DNA of 64,000 bases from an uncultured delta proteobacterium (GCA_963712115.1 CAVQGX010000002.1:32001-96000), one strand, 5' to 3'. Shown: positions 37,623-47,589, counted from the first letter of the stretch. Program-made: numbers and translations. The notes: generated by a model not told the origin, from the letters alone.

Positions 37623-38069
37623 ATGGAGCGGATGCTCAGCGAAGAGCGAACTGCATTCTTGGAGCGCGATTTTTATCAGGGTTTCATCAAGACCTGCGGG
37701 TTTAAACTAGATTTGCTGGAACGAGGACGGGCAAAGTCCAGTTTGGAGGTTACTAAGGCTCATAGCCAACAGGATGATTTCGTCCACGCCGGGGTTATGG
37801 CCACAATGGCTGACCATACGGCAGGTTATGCTGCCTTTTCAGTCGTTCCCGAGGATTCTAGGATTCTCACCTTGGAATTCAAGATAAATTTCCTCCGACC
37901 CGCGGTTGGTGATCGTTTAATCTGTAGTGCTAAGGTAGTTAAGGAGGGCAAAAATATCCTGGTAGCTGATTCAGAGGTGTATAGCCAAAGCGACGGAGTA
38001 GAAAAACTAGCGGCCAAGGCATTGGTTACTCTGGTAGCCGTTCCCTCACAACAGTTGATTAAGAAGTAA
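37623..38069 (+). CDS. PaaI-family hotdog thioesterase
   Basis: VHAGVMATMAD and TLEFKINFLRPA motifs. Confidence 0.92.
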   Translation: MERMLSEERTAFLERDFYQGFIKTCGFKLDLLERGRAKSSLEVTKAHSQQDDFVHAGVMATMADHTAGYAAFSVVPEDSRILTLEFKINFLRPAVGDRLICSAKVVKEGKNILVADSEVYSQSDGVEKLAAKALVTLVAVPSQQLIKK

Positions 38070-38074
38070 GTAGT

Positions 38075-38255
38075 CAGGAGCCAGGAGTCAGAATCCAGAA
38101 TTCAGGAGAAAAGCAATCAAAATTGACTTCGTCTGAGCTATCGCCTCTTTGAACCGCAGAATGTCGAACAAGGAATTTCGAATATCGAAGTGATCACTTC
38201 ATCATTCTGCGGTTCCTTGTTCTGCTGTTCGATATTCAGTACTTTGGACTATCTG
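38075..38255. repeat. Inverted copy of the ~170-bp dispersed element
   Basis: Reverse complement of about 5932-6104; palindrome GAAGTGATCACTTC at 38187-38200. Confidence 0.85.
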
Positions 38256-38392
38256 TAGTCTGTGGTCTGTCCTCTCACGCCGTCTCGCCGTTTCTCCGCG
38301 CCTGCCAGCCATCGGCTTCGCCTTCAGGCGAGGCGGGCGGGTCCTCGACTCGTCCCGCTGTGCCTAGTGCATACTGCCTAGTGCTTAGTGGT

Positions 38393-38620
38393 TCATTCCC
38401 CGCCTTGCTTCTTGATAATGGTAAAATAAACTCCTTCTTCCTTGGTCAGTTTCTCCTCTACTCGACCATCATTGTGATCAATGACCTTGAGCATTTTCTC
38501 CACGTGCTGCGGATCACAGATAAATCTGAGTCTGTTCCCAGGACGGATTATCCTTAGAAGTAAACTTACTTCCAGATAGCCCTTTCAACAATCGCCTCGG
38601 TAGTCTGCTACTTCTATCAT
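38393..38620 (-). CDS. Putative TusA/SirA-fold selenoprotein, 75 aa, with Sec at codon 12
   Basis: Manual translation: MIEVADYRGDC(U)KGYLEVSLLLRIIRPGNRLRFICDPQHVEKMLKVIDHNDGRVEEKLTKEEGVYFTIIKKQGGE. The TGA at 38587-38585 aligns with the TusA catalytic Cys, a SECIS-like hairpin follows it, and AGGA lies upstream of the ATG. Confidence 0.78.
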
Positions 38621-38941
38621 GATTTAGCATTCCTGAAGCCCACATATTTGACGGTTTCGCCTCACTGTTTCGTTGACAATGCGGGCTTGAAAAGCCTATT
38701 TTCCTCTTGTCTCGCTGACAATACTCTCGGAACCATCTGAAAAAAGCAAGAGATACCTTTACTCCAACACTCCAGTACTCCATCACTGCAAAATTAGTTT
38801 ACTTAGCCTGTGTGATCTTGCGAATTAGACTTCTCAGACAAAGTCAGATAGAATATTAAATTCACAATTAGTTAAATCTGATTAATCCTCGATGTTGCTA
38901 CTCTCTAGTTGGCAGTGACTTCGGTGGAAAGGAGGCAGTTA

Positions 38942-39925
38942 ATGTCGGAGGGAGGTCTTTATGATGTTGTAATCGTCGGCGGTGGTCCCGGGGGACTCAC
39001 TGCCGGGATATACGCCATGAGGGCTGCTCTTAAAACCATTCTGGTCGAGAAGGCAGTTGCCGGCGGGCAAGTTGCCCTGTCGGACGGGGTAGAGAACTAT
39101 CCAGGTTTTGAGAGCATAACCGGTTATGAACTCTCGCAAAAATTCCTTCAACACGCCCAATCCTACGACATGGAATTTGTGCAAGAAGAGGTTGTGGCTG
39201 TGGAACCGGGGCTAGATTTCCATTCGGTCAAGCTAGCAAATGGCAGCGTCTTGAAAACGCACACAGTTATCTTGGCCACCGGAGGCAGTCCGCGCAAGCT
39301 GGGGGTTCCTGGCGAAGACGAATACTATGGCAAAGGCGTTTCTTACTGCGGCGTGTGCGACGGTTTCTTTTTTAGGGATAAGACCGTGGTAGTAGCGGGA
39401 GGCGGTGATACCGCCGCTGAAGAGGCTTTATATCTAGCTAAACTGGCGAAGCAAGTCTATCTGGTCCACAGGCGCGATGCCCTCCGCGCGAGTATGATCC
39501 TCCAGCAGCGGGTCAAAGATGAGTGCAAAATCGAGATCCTTTGGAACACGATCATCACAGAAATTAAAGCAAATGATGAGGGCGTCAATGCAGTTAGTCT
39601 GCAGGACACCCAGACGGGCGAGCAACGGGAATTGAGTACTGACGGGGCCTTCATCTTTATAGGTTTTATACCTAACAACCAACTGGTGCCTGCCGGCATA
39701 AAGATGAACGCAGATGGATACGTGGTCACCAATGAGAAGTGTGAGACCAATATGCCTGGGATATATGTGGTTGGTGATTTGAGGGAAAAATATGCCAAGC
39801 AAATAGTGGTTGCGGCAGCGGATGGATGCACAGCCGCTTTGGTGGCGGCTTATTACGTGGAGATGAAGAAATCCGGCGAGGCGGTATGTGAGCTTCCGGA
39901 GGACCTACTGCAGGAGGCACAGTGA
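38942..39925 (+). CDS. trxB: Thioredoxin-disulfide reductase
   Basis: GGGPGG FAD motif, GVSYCGVCDG, GGGDTA and HRRD motifs; ATG 38942 after AAGGAGG. Confidence 0.95.
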   Translation: MSEGGLYDVVIVGGGPGGLTAGIYAMRAALKTILVEKAVAGGQVALSDGVENYPGFESITGYELSQKFLQHAQSYDMEFVQEEVVAVEPGLDFHSVKLANGSVLKTHTVILATGGSPRKLGVPGEDEYYGKGVSYCGVCDGFFFRDKTVVVAGGGDTAAEEALYLAKLAKQVYLVHRRDALRASMILQQRVKDECKIEILWNTIITEIKANDEGVNAVSLQDTQTGEQRELSTDGAFIFIGFIPNNQLVPAGIKMNADGYVVTNEKCETNMPGIYVVGDLREKYAKQIVVAAADGCTAALVAAYYVEMKKSGEAVCELPEDLLQEAQ

Positions 39926-40251
39926 GGCAGTATGCAGCAGACAGCGGGCAGATAAGATCTAGGCACTGAGCACGAAGGCGCTGAGAAGTCAGAGGTCGGA
40001 GGTCAGAGGTCAGAAGACAGATGATTTCGGATTGCTGATTTCGAATTTCGGAATTTTAACCCTATGCCCTTTGCTCTATGCTCTTTGCCTACTGGCTCCT
40101 GGATTCTGACTCCTGGCTCCTTGCTCTATGCCCTATGCTCCATGCTAGCCTGGTGGCTTCTTTGAAAAAACTGAAACCCTATTGACCTAAGTCAAAGCAA
40201 TCTCCTCTGCGCTCAGGTAGACTTGAGGCAACACTTTGGGGAGGTGGACCA

Positions 40252-40980
40252 ATGCAAGATGATAGTATCAGCTGCCCTGGTCAGAACACAATGTTCTGGA
40301 AGCCAGATGATATTTACGACGTGAAATGCCCTAACTGTGGTCGGCCGGTGGAATTTTGGAAAGACGACAGCAAGCGCACCTGCGAGTGTGGGCACCGCTT
40401 TCTGAATCCAAAGCGCGACCTCGGTTGTCTAGAATATTGCAAGTACGCCGAGCAGTGTATGCCGGAGATGTTCCAGGGAGAAAGTCTCAAGGCCCTATAC
40501 CGTGACCGGCTTCTGGTTACTGCCAAGATCAAACTGAAACCGGAGGATGCTAGCCTGGAGCGCAGCCAGAAAATAGCGGAACTGGCGGAAGAGATACTTG
40601 ATGGAGAGGGTGGTCAACCGAAAGTGGTATTCGCTGCTACAATTCTGGGAAATTTAGTGTTGAATTCTCAGCCACACGGTCAGCAAGCAGGTTCCCCAGC
40701 CCAAGGGGACAGCCCCAGCGCGATCACCAAAAAAGTTCTTGCTGATCTGGGTACTGAAAAAGAGGTGATTGATCAAGTTTGTCAGATAATTGAAAATAGA
40801 ATCAACGGAACAAGTTCTGAAGATATAAACCACAGGATTGTCTCCGATGCATTGATGGTTGCTGACCTCTCGGAGAAAAAAAGTCTCCTGGAGGCGGCGG
40901 CCATTGAGCGGTTGATTGACAGTAAAGTTCAGACGGAAACCGGCAAACGGTTGGCCCGGGAGCGACTGCTCTCAGAATAA
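40252..40980 (+). CDS. Cys-rich (Zn-ribbon-like) protein with a degenerate HD-like C-terminal domain
   Basis: CPGQ..CPNCG..VEFWKDD..CECG..GCLEYC..C; helical C-terminus lacking the HD residues. Confidence 0.75.
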   Translation: MQDDSISCPGQNTMFWKPDDIYDVKCPNCGRPVEFWKDDSKRTCECGHRFLNPKRDLGCLEYCKYAEQCMPEMFQGESLKALYRDRLLVTAKIKLKPEDASLERSQKIAELAEEILDGEGGQPKVVFAATILGNLVLNSQPHGQQAGSPAQGDSPSAITKKVLADLGTEKEVIDQVCQIIENRINGTSSEDINHRIVSDALMVADLSEKKSLLEAAAIERLIDSKVQTETGKRLARERLLSE

Positions 40981-41042
40981 ATGGCCATATTTGAACCACG
41001 AAGAGCACGAAGAACACAAAGATATTTTGTTGGTAATTAGAG

Positions 41043-41076
41043 GACCCGGCGAGAGCTGATCTTGCCGGGTCTTTTT
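41043..41076 (+). terminator. Intrinsic terminator
   Basis: GACCCGGCGAGA..TCTTGCCGGGTC hairpin followed by TTTTT. Confidence 0.8.
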
Positions 41077-41219
41077 ATTCTTGCAAGGAAAACCTAGTCC
41101 TCCCTCGCTTCAAGAAAAGACCCTATCTAATCCCTCGGCTTGACAGTTCAAAAGATTCTGTGCCAGAGTTCAATGGATTTCAGATTGTAGATTGCAGATT
41201 TTTCTGAAGGGGTTAAATA

Positions 41220-41403
41220 TAGCCCGGATAATTCATGAATCGGCTACTCCGACTGTGGATATAAACGTCCTTCCGGGCGTCCTCGGGTCTCGAATCCTGC
41301 GACGTACTGTACAAGTACGTCTCGGATTCAAGCCCCTGCGGTTGCCCGGTGGCACGCTCATCTTCACAGTCTCGCAACGCCAATTCATGAATTATCCGGG
41401 CTA
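41220..41403. mobile_element. 184-bp MITE-like element, copy A
   Basis: 21-bp perfect terminal inverted repeats TAGCCCGGATAATTCATGAAT; a homologue of the same length lies at 57162-57345. Confidence 0.85.
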
Positions 41404-41416
41404 GGAGATTAATGAG

Positions 41417-42544
41417 ATGAGCCACGCAGATAAGACAAAAGGCCAACTCCTCGAGGAGTTAAAGTTGCTGCGCCAACGGATTGAGCAGTTGGAAGTGGCA
41501 GAAGATGCATTAAGGGAAGCTGAGGAACAATATCGTACACTGGTAGAGCGGGCGAACGATGCTATCATCATCATTCAAGATGAAAAAACGGTCTATCGCA
41601 ATCCCACTTACGAAAATTTGCTAGGCTACAGCGTGACCGAGACCACAGACCGCAGTTTTCTCGACTTCGTGGTCCCGGAAGACAGAGAACAGATAAGGCA
41701 GCATTACTATAAGCGCCTTCATGGAGAGGAAGTTCCAGACGAATACGAGGTAAGACTCATGACCCGCTCCGGGGAGCCTGTGACTATGGAGGTTAAGCCC
41801 TGCGTCATAGAATATAAGGGGGCATTCGCAACAATGGTAGTGATGCGGAATGTGACCGAGCGTCGGCGGATGGAAGACGCTTTGGAGCGCATGCGTTCCA
41901 GGCTGTTGAACCTCCTGGAAAGTGAACGGAGCAAGATCTCCCGGGTTCTCCACGATACCATCGGTCAAAACGTGAGCATCCTCGATTTCAATCTAACTAC
42001 CATAGTGGAGATGCTCGAAGAGAGCAGCCGAGAGCGCATAAGCGGACTGATAGACAACATGAGGGGAGTGATTCGGGAGACCGGCGACAGATTGAGAGAC
42101 ATATCCGGTGGTCTTCATCCGCGCCTGGTTCAGGAACTGGGTTTAGTGGCGGGGATTAACAACCTCATTGACCGTTTTCAAAACACGACGGGCCTCAAGG
42201 TGGAATCATCCATCCAGGGGAATGATTTGGAAATTGAGGAGAGCGTGGCGGTGAATCTCTACAGAATTGTACAAGAAGCCTTTACCAACATATTCAAGCA
42301 TGCCAAATGCAGCTCAGTTTCTTTTGAAATGGCCCTCGAAGATGGTCGTGTGGGCATGACGATCAAAGACAATGGCAATGGCTTTAGCTTGGAAGATGTG
42401 AATCAACGAGAAATTGATCAGCGCGGGATGGGCCTTTTTATAATGGAGGAGCGCGCCAAAGCTATTAGTGGAAGCCTGCAAATCTATTCGGAGCCGAATC
42501 AAGGCACTGAGTTGCAGGTGGAGGTTCCCTTGATAACCGCCTAG
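41417..42544 (+). CDS. PAS sensor histidine kinase (NarX/HisKA_3 type)
   Basis: PAS domain, ERSKISRVLHDTIGQ, YRIVQEAFTNI, DNGNGF and GMGL motifs. Confidence 0.93.
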   Translation: MSHADKTKGQLLEELKLLRQRIEQLEVAEDALREAEEQYRTLVERANDAIIIIQDEKTVYRNPTYENLLGYSVTETTDRSFLDFVVPEDREQIRQHYYKRLHGEEVPDEYEVRLMTRSGEPVTMEVKPCVIEYKGAFATMVVMRNVTERRRMEDALERMRSRLLNLLESERSKISRVLHDTIGQNVSILDFNLTTIVEMLEESSRERISGLIDNMRGVIRETGDRLRDISGGLHPRLVQELGLVAGINNLIDRFQNTTGLKVESSIQGNDLEIEESVAVNLYRIVQEAFTNIFKHAKCSSVSFEMALEDGRVGMTIKDNGNGFSLEDVNQREIDQRGMGLFIMEERAKAISGSLQIYSEPNQGTELQVEVPLITA

Positions 42545-42666
42545 AGTTGCGCACTAGGCACTAGGCACCAAGTCTCACGGTGTCAGGTGTCAGGTTTCGG
42601 GTGTCAGGGAGGAGAAACACAAAAGCTGAAACCTGAAACCTGAACACTGAAACCTTAGTCTTTGCC

Positions 42667-43821
42667 CTATGCCCCATGCTCTCTGCTCTCTGCTCTTCCC
42701 GACAAGGGCCAGGAAACGGTAAAGGTGGTCTCCCGATCAGGCACGCTGGAAACCGTAATCTGTCCTCCGTGTTCCTCAACAATTCCCAGAGCGATGGACA
42801 ATCCAAGTCCTGTTCCTTCTCCCTTGCTGGTGAAGAACGGTTTGAAAATCTGCTCGATGTTCTGCCCGCTGATACCAGGTCCATTATCTGTCACCTGGAT
42901 CCATTGACGGCCGCGGGATTGAAAGCTTGTCAGCCGAAGCCTACCTTTACCATTAAGTGCCTGGAGGCTGTTGACGGTTATATTCAAAATGACTTCTTTC
43001 ATTTTCGCCCGGTCAAAATAGCAAGGTTTCTCTTCAACATTCGGTTCGTAGGTAATCTTAACTTCCCTCGTAAGATCGGAGTCTTGTTTTAGCTGAGCCA
43101 CCGTCTCCTGCAAGAGCTCAGCCACCAGGCCGGAGGTAAGATTTGGTTTGCTCGGTCGAGCGTAGGCGAGGAACTCGGAGAGCGTCTCTTTTAATCTAAG
43201 AGTCTCTTTTTTTAAAAGAGACAGCACTAGTTCTTTTTCGGCGCCTTCCTCTGCGCCCTTTTCCAGGAGTTTGACGCCGGTCAGAAGCGCCCCCAGGGGC
43301 GTACGTATCTCGTGGGCCAGGCCCGAAGAGATCTCGCCTAGAAGCGCGAGCCGCTCTTGCCTCCTCAGCCGGTCAGCCTGCGTGGCCACCCTTGCCTCGA
43401 GGTTTTGAGAATACTCTAGCAATTGCGCCTCTAGTTTCTTTTGTTCTGTAACGTCACGCAAGATGTGCAGCCTGGAGTGGCTGCCGTCTGGATTGTAAAG
43501 TGGCGAGACCAACATGTCGTAGGTGCTGCGGCTAACCAGGGAAGTCCATTCCAGTCTCTGGGGGGGGCCAAAAACACTCATGCCCTCATGGCACTGTCGA
43601 CAGTTGGTTGAAGAAAGGCCGAAGAATTCGTGGCATTTCTTACCCAGGCCGTCACCGAACTGGTAAATCAAATCCTGGTTCATGAACTCAATCTGGTGGT
43701 CGCGGTTGGTTATGAATACGCCATCCATGAGGTTTTCAAAGATGACGCGCAGTCGATCCCTCTCGTCGCGAATCCGATCGTTGCTTTCCCTGGAGACCTT
43801 CGTCATCGTTTCCCTCGTCAA
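42667..43821 (-). CDS. PAS sensor histidine kinase (NtrB type)
   Basis: LAHEIRTPL, DNGPGI and FFTSK-GTGLGL motifs; downstream of an NtrC-type regulator. Confidence 0.93.
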   Translation of the reverse strand: MTRETMTKVSRESNDRIRDERDRLRVIFENLMDGVFITNRDHQIEFMNQDLIYQFGDGLGKKCHEFFGLSSTNCRQCHEGMSVFGPPQRLEWTSLVSRSTYDMLVSPLYNPDGSHSRLHILRDVTEQKKLEAQLLEYSQNLEARVATQADRLRRQERLALLGEISSGLAHEIRTPLGALLTGVKLLEKGAEEGAEKELVLSLLKKETLRLKETLSEFLAYARPSKPNLTSGLVAELLQETVAQLKQDSDLTREVKITYEPNVEEKPCYFDRAKMKEVILNITVNSLQALNGKGRLRLTSFQSRGRQWIQVTDNGPGISGQNIEQIFKPFFTSKGEGTGLGLSIALGIVEEHGGQITVSSVPDRETTFTVSWPLSGRAESREHGA

Positions 43822-43841
43822 GCTCCCAATCGATTGGCTTT

Positions 43842-44001
43842 GAAATCCGAAATCCTAAGCACGAAATTCTAAACAAATTCAAAATCCGAATTCCCTAATG
43901 CTCAAAACAAGTTTGACTATCATCAAAGAAAAAGTTTGGTTCATTTGGATTTGGAGAATTTGAAAATTGTTTCGGATTTCGATATTCGATATTCGGATTT
44001 G
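43842..44001. repeat. (AAATCCG)n...(CGGATTT)n inverted repeat element
   Basis: Homologous inverted copy at about 53903-54061 sharing AAGCACGAAATTCTAAACAAAT. Confidence 0.8.
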
Positions 44002-44036
44002 AAGATATGGCCACAGCGGTCCCTACCCAGTGCAGA

Positions 44037-45401
44037 TCACTCAGGCTGTTTTATGCCGTATCGCTTCATCTTTCTCCACAGGGTGTTGTAGCCGATTCCG
44101 AGTTCTCGGGCAGCACGGCTTCTATTCCACTGGCAGTGTTCGAGTACCTTCCTTATGTGGACCTGCTCCATAGTTTCCATACTCATATCACCAGAGCTCT
44201 CCGCTGATTCAAAACCTTCTACCGGGGGCATACATGCTTCTAGTGGCAGGTCAGAAGGTTGGATCTCTTCACCTAGGCAAAAGATAAGCGCTCTTTCGAT
44301 GGCATTCTCCAGTTCCCTGACGTTGCCGGGCCAGGTGTGTGTTTGGAGCCTATTAATTGCTGCCGCTGAGAGTGAACTATGCCTCCGCCCCATGTGGTTT
44401 CCATAGCGAGAGACGAAGTGCTCTGCCAGAGGTTTGATGTCTGCCACTCTTTTCCTGAGTGGCGGCAGGTAGATGGGTATTACTTTAAGACGATAGTAGA
44501 GATCACGTCGAAACTGACCCTTCGGAACCAGGCTGGCCAGGTCCTTGTTGCTGGCGGCAATAATTCTCACATTAACCCTATGCTCTGCGGTTCCACCAAC
44601 TCGACGAAATGTTCCGTCCTCGAGTACCCGTAACAGTTTCACTTGAAAGCTGGGGCTAGTTTCGCCAATCTCATCCAGAAACAGGGTGCCGCCATCTGCC
44701 ACCTCGAACAACCCTTTCTTGTCCTTAATGGCGCCGGTGAAAGCACCTTTGACATGACCGAAGAGCTCGCTTTCAAGAAGACTTTCGGGGAGAGCACCGC
44801 AATTAATTGCCACAAATGGGCCACCAGCCCTTAGGCCGGAATGATGGATGTACCTCGCCATGAGTTCCTTACCCGTACCACTCTCCCCCTCGATGAGCAC
44901 AGTGGCGTCGTTTTGTGCCACCTGTTGAGTTAATCTCATAATCCGTTGCATCTCGGGGCTGACCGCCACAATTTGCCCAATCCCTGCCTGCTGCGCTACC
45001 TCTTTCTGTAAGTAGGCAACTTGTCGGCGGAGTTGGAGTCTCTCAACCGCCTTTTTCAGGGTGATCACCAGATCGTCGGGATCGACTGGCTTGGTTAGGT
45101 AGTCGTAGGCCCCTGCTTTCATTGCCTCCACAGCGGTGTCTACCGAACCAAAGCCGGTGAGGAGGATTACTTCAGTCTCCGGGGATTTTTCTTTCACCGC
45201 AGCCAAAACTTCCAGACCATCAACTTCATCCAAGCGTAAGTCAGTGACCACGGCATGGTACTGGTCAGTGGCAATCCGCCGGAGTGCCTCACCACCACTG
45301 CCAACAGCAGTTACCTCAAACCCTTCCCGCTTCAAGTACATGGCCTGGGTGACCCGCAGGGAGTCGTCATCTTCCACAAGTAAAATACGATTTTCCAACA
45401 T
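44037..45401 (-). CDS. Sigma54-dependent response regulator (NtrC/AtoC family)
   Basis: Receiver domain, [22 protein letters not shown] and a Fis-type HTH. Confidence 0.97.
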   Translation of the reverse strand: MLENRILLVEDDDSLRVTQAMYLKREGFEVTAVGSGGEALRRIATDQYHAVVTDLRLDEVDGLEVLAAVKEKSPETEVILLTGFGSVDTAVEAMKAGAYDYLTKPVDPDDLVITLKKAVERLQLRRQVAYLQKEVAQQAGIGQIVAVSPEMQRIMRLTQQVAQNDATVLIEGESGTGKELMARYIHHSGLRAGGPFVAINCGALPESLLESELFGHVKGAFTGAIKDKKGLFEVADGGTLFLDEIGETSPSFQVKLLRVLEDGTFRRVGGTAEHRVNVRIIAASNKDLASLVPKGQFRRDLYYRLKVIPIYLPPLRKRVADIKPLAEHFVSRYGNHMGRRHSSLSAAAINRLQTHTWPGNVRELENAIERALIFCLGEEIQPSDLPLEACMPPVEGFESAESSGDMSMETMEQVHIRKVLEHCQWNRSRAARELGIGYNTLWRKMKRYGIKQPE

Positions 45402-45492
45402 ATGGTAATATTAACCGCCAAAAGAGTTTTTACAAAGGGTTAGAAATCTTATCAAAGATGGGGATGAAAGTCGCAGGCTAATTTCATGAGGG

Positions 45493-47589
45493 TTAACGGT
45501 CCTTTTCTGTTATGGGCAGGTAGATTCTGAAGGTAGTTCCCACATTTGATTCGCTGGAGCATGAGATGTATCCACCATGGTTTTTGACGATTCCATAAAC
45601 CATGGATAACCCCAGACCTGTTTTGTCGTTCTGGTCTTCCTTGGAATAGAAGGGATCGAAAACGTGTTCCAGGGTTTCTTTGCCCAGGCCCGGGCCGTTG
45701 TCAGATAAGGTGACAAGTACACACTCTCTCATTGCAACTCCAGCGTGAGCTCGGCGAAAATCCTGGTCCAAAGTCATCCTCTTTGTTTCGATGATAATTT
45801 TTCCTCCATCGGGCATGGCCTCTCGCGCGTTGACAGCCAGGGCTAGTAAAGCTTGCTCAACCTGGTTTGGGTCTCCATTAATAACTGCAGGCTCATTTGC
45901 CAGGCGGAGCTCAAGCTCGATTGTCTCTGGCATGGTTCTACTTAACAATTTGTATGTCTTTTTTATTTCTTGGTTAAGTTCAATCGGTTGTTTTTTGCTC
46001 TTTATCTGACCGCTGAAAGCAAGTAATCGCTTCGACAGGACCGCGCCCCTAAAGGCTGCATTGGTAATCTCCAACAGCTCCTGATAGTTTGGATCATCCC
46101 GATCTTTGCCCCACATGAGACGTTCAACGTAACCATGCACTGCCTGAAACAAGTTGCTGAGTTCCTGAGCAACCCCGCCCGACAAGGTAGAAATGGCCTC
46201 CAATTTCTTGGACTGGAGAAGTTGTCCTTCCAGTTTCTGCTTTTCCTCTTCCGCTTGCTTGCGCGCGGTGATGTCACGGACCACACTTACCCAACCAATG
46301 CGATCGCCTTCTTCGGCTGTTAGTGTCATTACTGTGTGCTCGGTAGGAAAGACTGTTCCATCCTTTCGTTTCATTTCGAACTCGGCCAAATGCATGAAAC
46401 CGTGCTCAGCTATGGCGGGATGGAGATGGCCTTGGAATTTTCGTAATGAAGGTTCATCCACATGCAAGAAGTTGGTTTCACGGTCCAACATTTCCTGGCG
46501 ATTGTAGCCGAACATGTTTACAGCAGCGGGGTTGCAGTCTAAAATTCTGGCTGGCACTGAATCGTCCAAAATGAAAAGAGCATCCTGCTGGCTGGTAAAG
46601 ACTTTCTCGAACAAATCTTTGGAATTTCGCAGTTCCTGCTCGGTTCGCCTGCGATCGGTGATGTCATGGATAATCGAATAAAGAAGCTCTCTACCACGCA
46701 GTCTGATTGGACCACTGTAAACTTCAACGTCACGGACCTCTTCATTCGCCAAACGGTGACGAAAGAGAAAGTGATGGCGTTCTTCCGCCTTCGCTAGCTC
46801 CATTTCCTGAAAAACCTGTTCTTTCGATAGTATATTGATATCAGTAATCTTCATGCTGGTAAGTTTTTCCCGACTCCAGCCATAGAAGGAGCAGGCTGCA
46901 GGATTGGCATCTAATATGTCCGCACTCGCCGGATCAATCAGGAGCATCACTGCGTGGTTGTTCTTGAAAAGGCTACGATAGCGTTGTTCACTCTCTCGCA
47001 ACTCTTTCTCAGTTTGCACGCGTATGGCGATTTCTTGCTTTAACTTCTCGTTTGCGTTCACAAGGTCGGCGGTACGCTCCTGCACCCGCAGTTCGAGCTC
47101 CTGGGTGGCACTCAATAACTTCTCTTCGGCTCGCTTGCGATCACTAATATCAGTAACCACAGCAATGCTACCCTTAAAGCTGCCATCCGCAGAAAAGATC
47201 GGCCTCGGTGACACAAGCACGAATGCCTTCTTTCCACCTTTTCGGATTAATGCTAGTTCGTAGAGATCTCGTTTGCCTGATTTTCTTCTCGCAAGTTGCT
47301 CTGTAAATATTTTCTCATCGGCTTCGTCAAGGAGGTCGGTGACAAATCTGCCTATGGTCTCATCTTGCCTGTATCCTATAATTTCACAAAAGCGGTTGTT
47401 TACACAAATAAACCGCAGGTTTTCGTCGATCATTGCCAAACCATCGTTTATGGCCTCAGCCAGGGTGCAGAAACCGCCTTCGCTTACAGTATATTCTGGA
47501 CCGTCAGCTGACTCCAGTTGGGCAATAAGTTCACACAGTTTAAACTGATCACCCAGCGCCTCATTTTTTTTCTTAAGGGGGTCATTCAT
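45493..47589 (-). CDS. Multi-PAS histidine-kinase-like protein with Gln at the phospho-His position
   Basis: Three PAS domains plus HisKA (LSGGVAQELSN) and HATPase (DNGPGL, TGLGL); probable ATG 47589. Confidence 0.9.
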   Translation of the reverse strand: MNDPLKKKNEALGDQFKLCELIAQLESADGPEYTVSEGGFCTLAEAINDGLAMIDENLRFICVNNRFCEIIGYRQDETIGRFVTDLLDEADEKIFTEQLARRKSGKRDLYELALIRKGGKKAFVLVSPRPIFSADGSFKGSIAVVTDISDRKRAEEKLLSATQELELRVQERTADLVNANEKLKQEIAIRVQTEKELRESEQRYRSLFKNNHAVMLLIDPASADILDANPAACSFYGWSREKLTSMKITDINILSKEQVFQEMELAKAEERHHFLFRHRLANEEVRDVEVYSGPIRLRGRELLYSIIHDITDRRRTEQELRNSKDLFEKVFTSQQDALFILDDSVPARILDCNPAAVNMFGYNRQEMLDRETNFLHVDEPSLRKFQGHLHPAIAEHGFMHLAEFEMKRKDGTVFPTEHTVMTLTAEEGDRIGWVSVVRDITARKQAEEEKQKLEGQLLQSKKLEAISTLSGGVAQELSNLFQAVHGYVERLMWGKDRDDPNYQELLEITNAAFRGAVLSKRLLAFSGQIKSKKQPIELNQEIKKTYKLLSRTMPETIELELRLANEPAVINGDPNQVEQALLALAVNAREAMPDGGKIIIETKRMTLDQDFRRAHAGVAMRECVLVTLSDNGPGLGKETLEHVFDPFYSKEDQNDKTGLGLSMVYGIVKNHGGYISCSSESNVGTTFRIYLPITEKDR

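Noticed and set aside
38360-38786. Track ORFs 38360-38557 (+) and 38514-38786 (-)
   Set aside because: Both start in repeat DNA and lack motifs; the region is better explained by the UGA-containing TusA-like frame.
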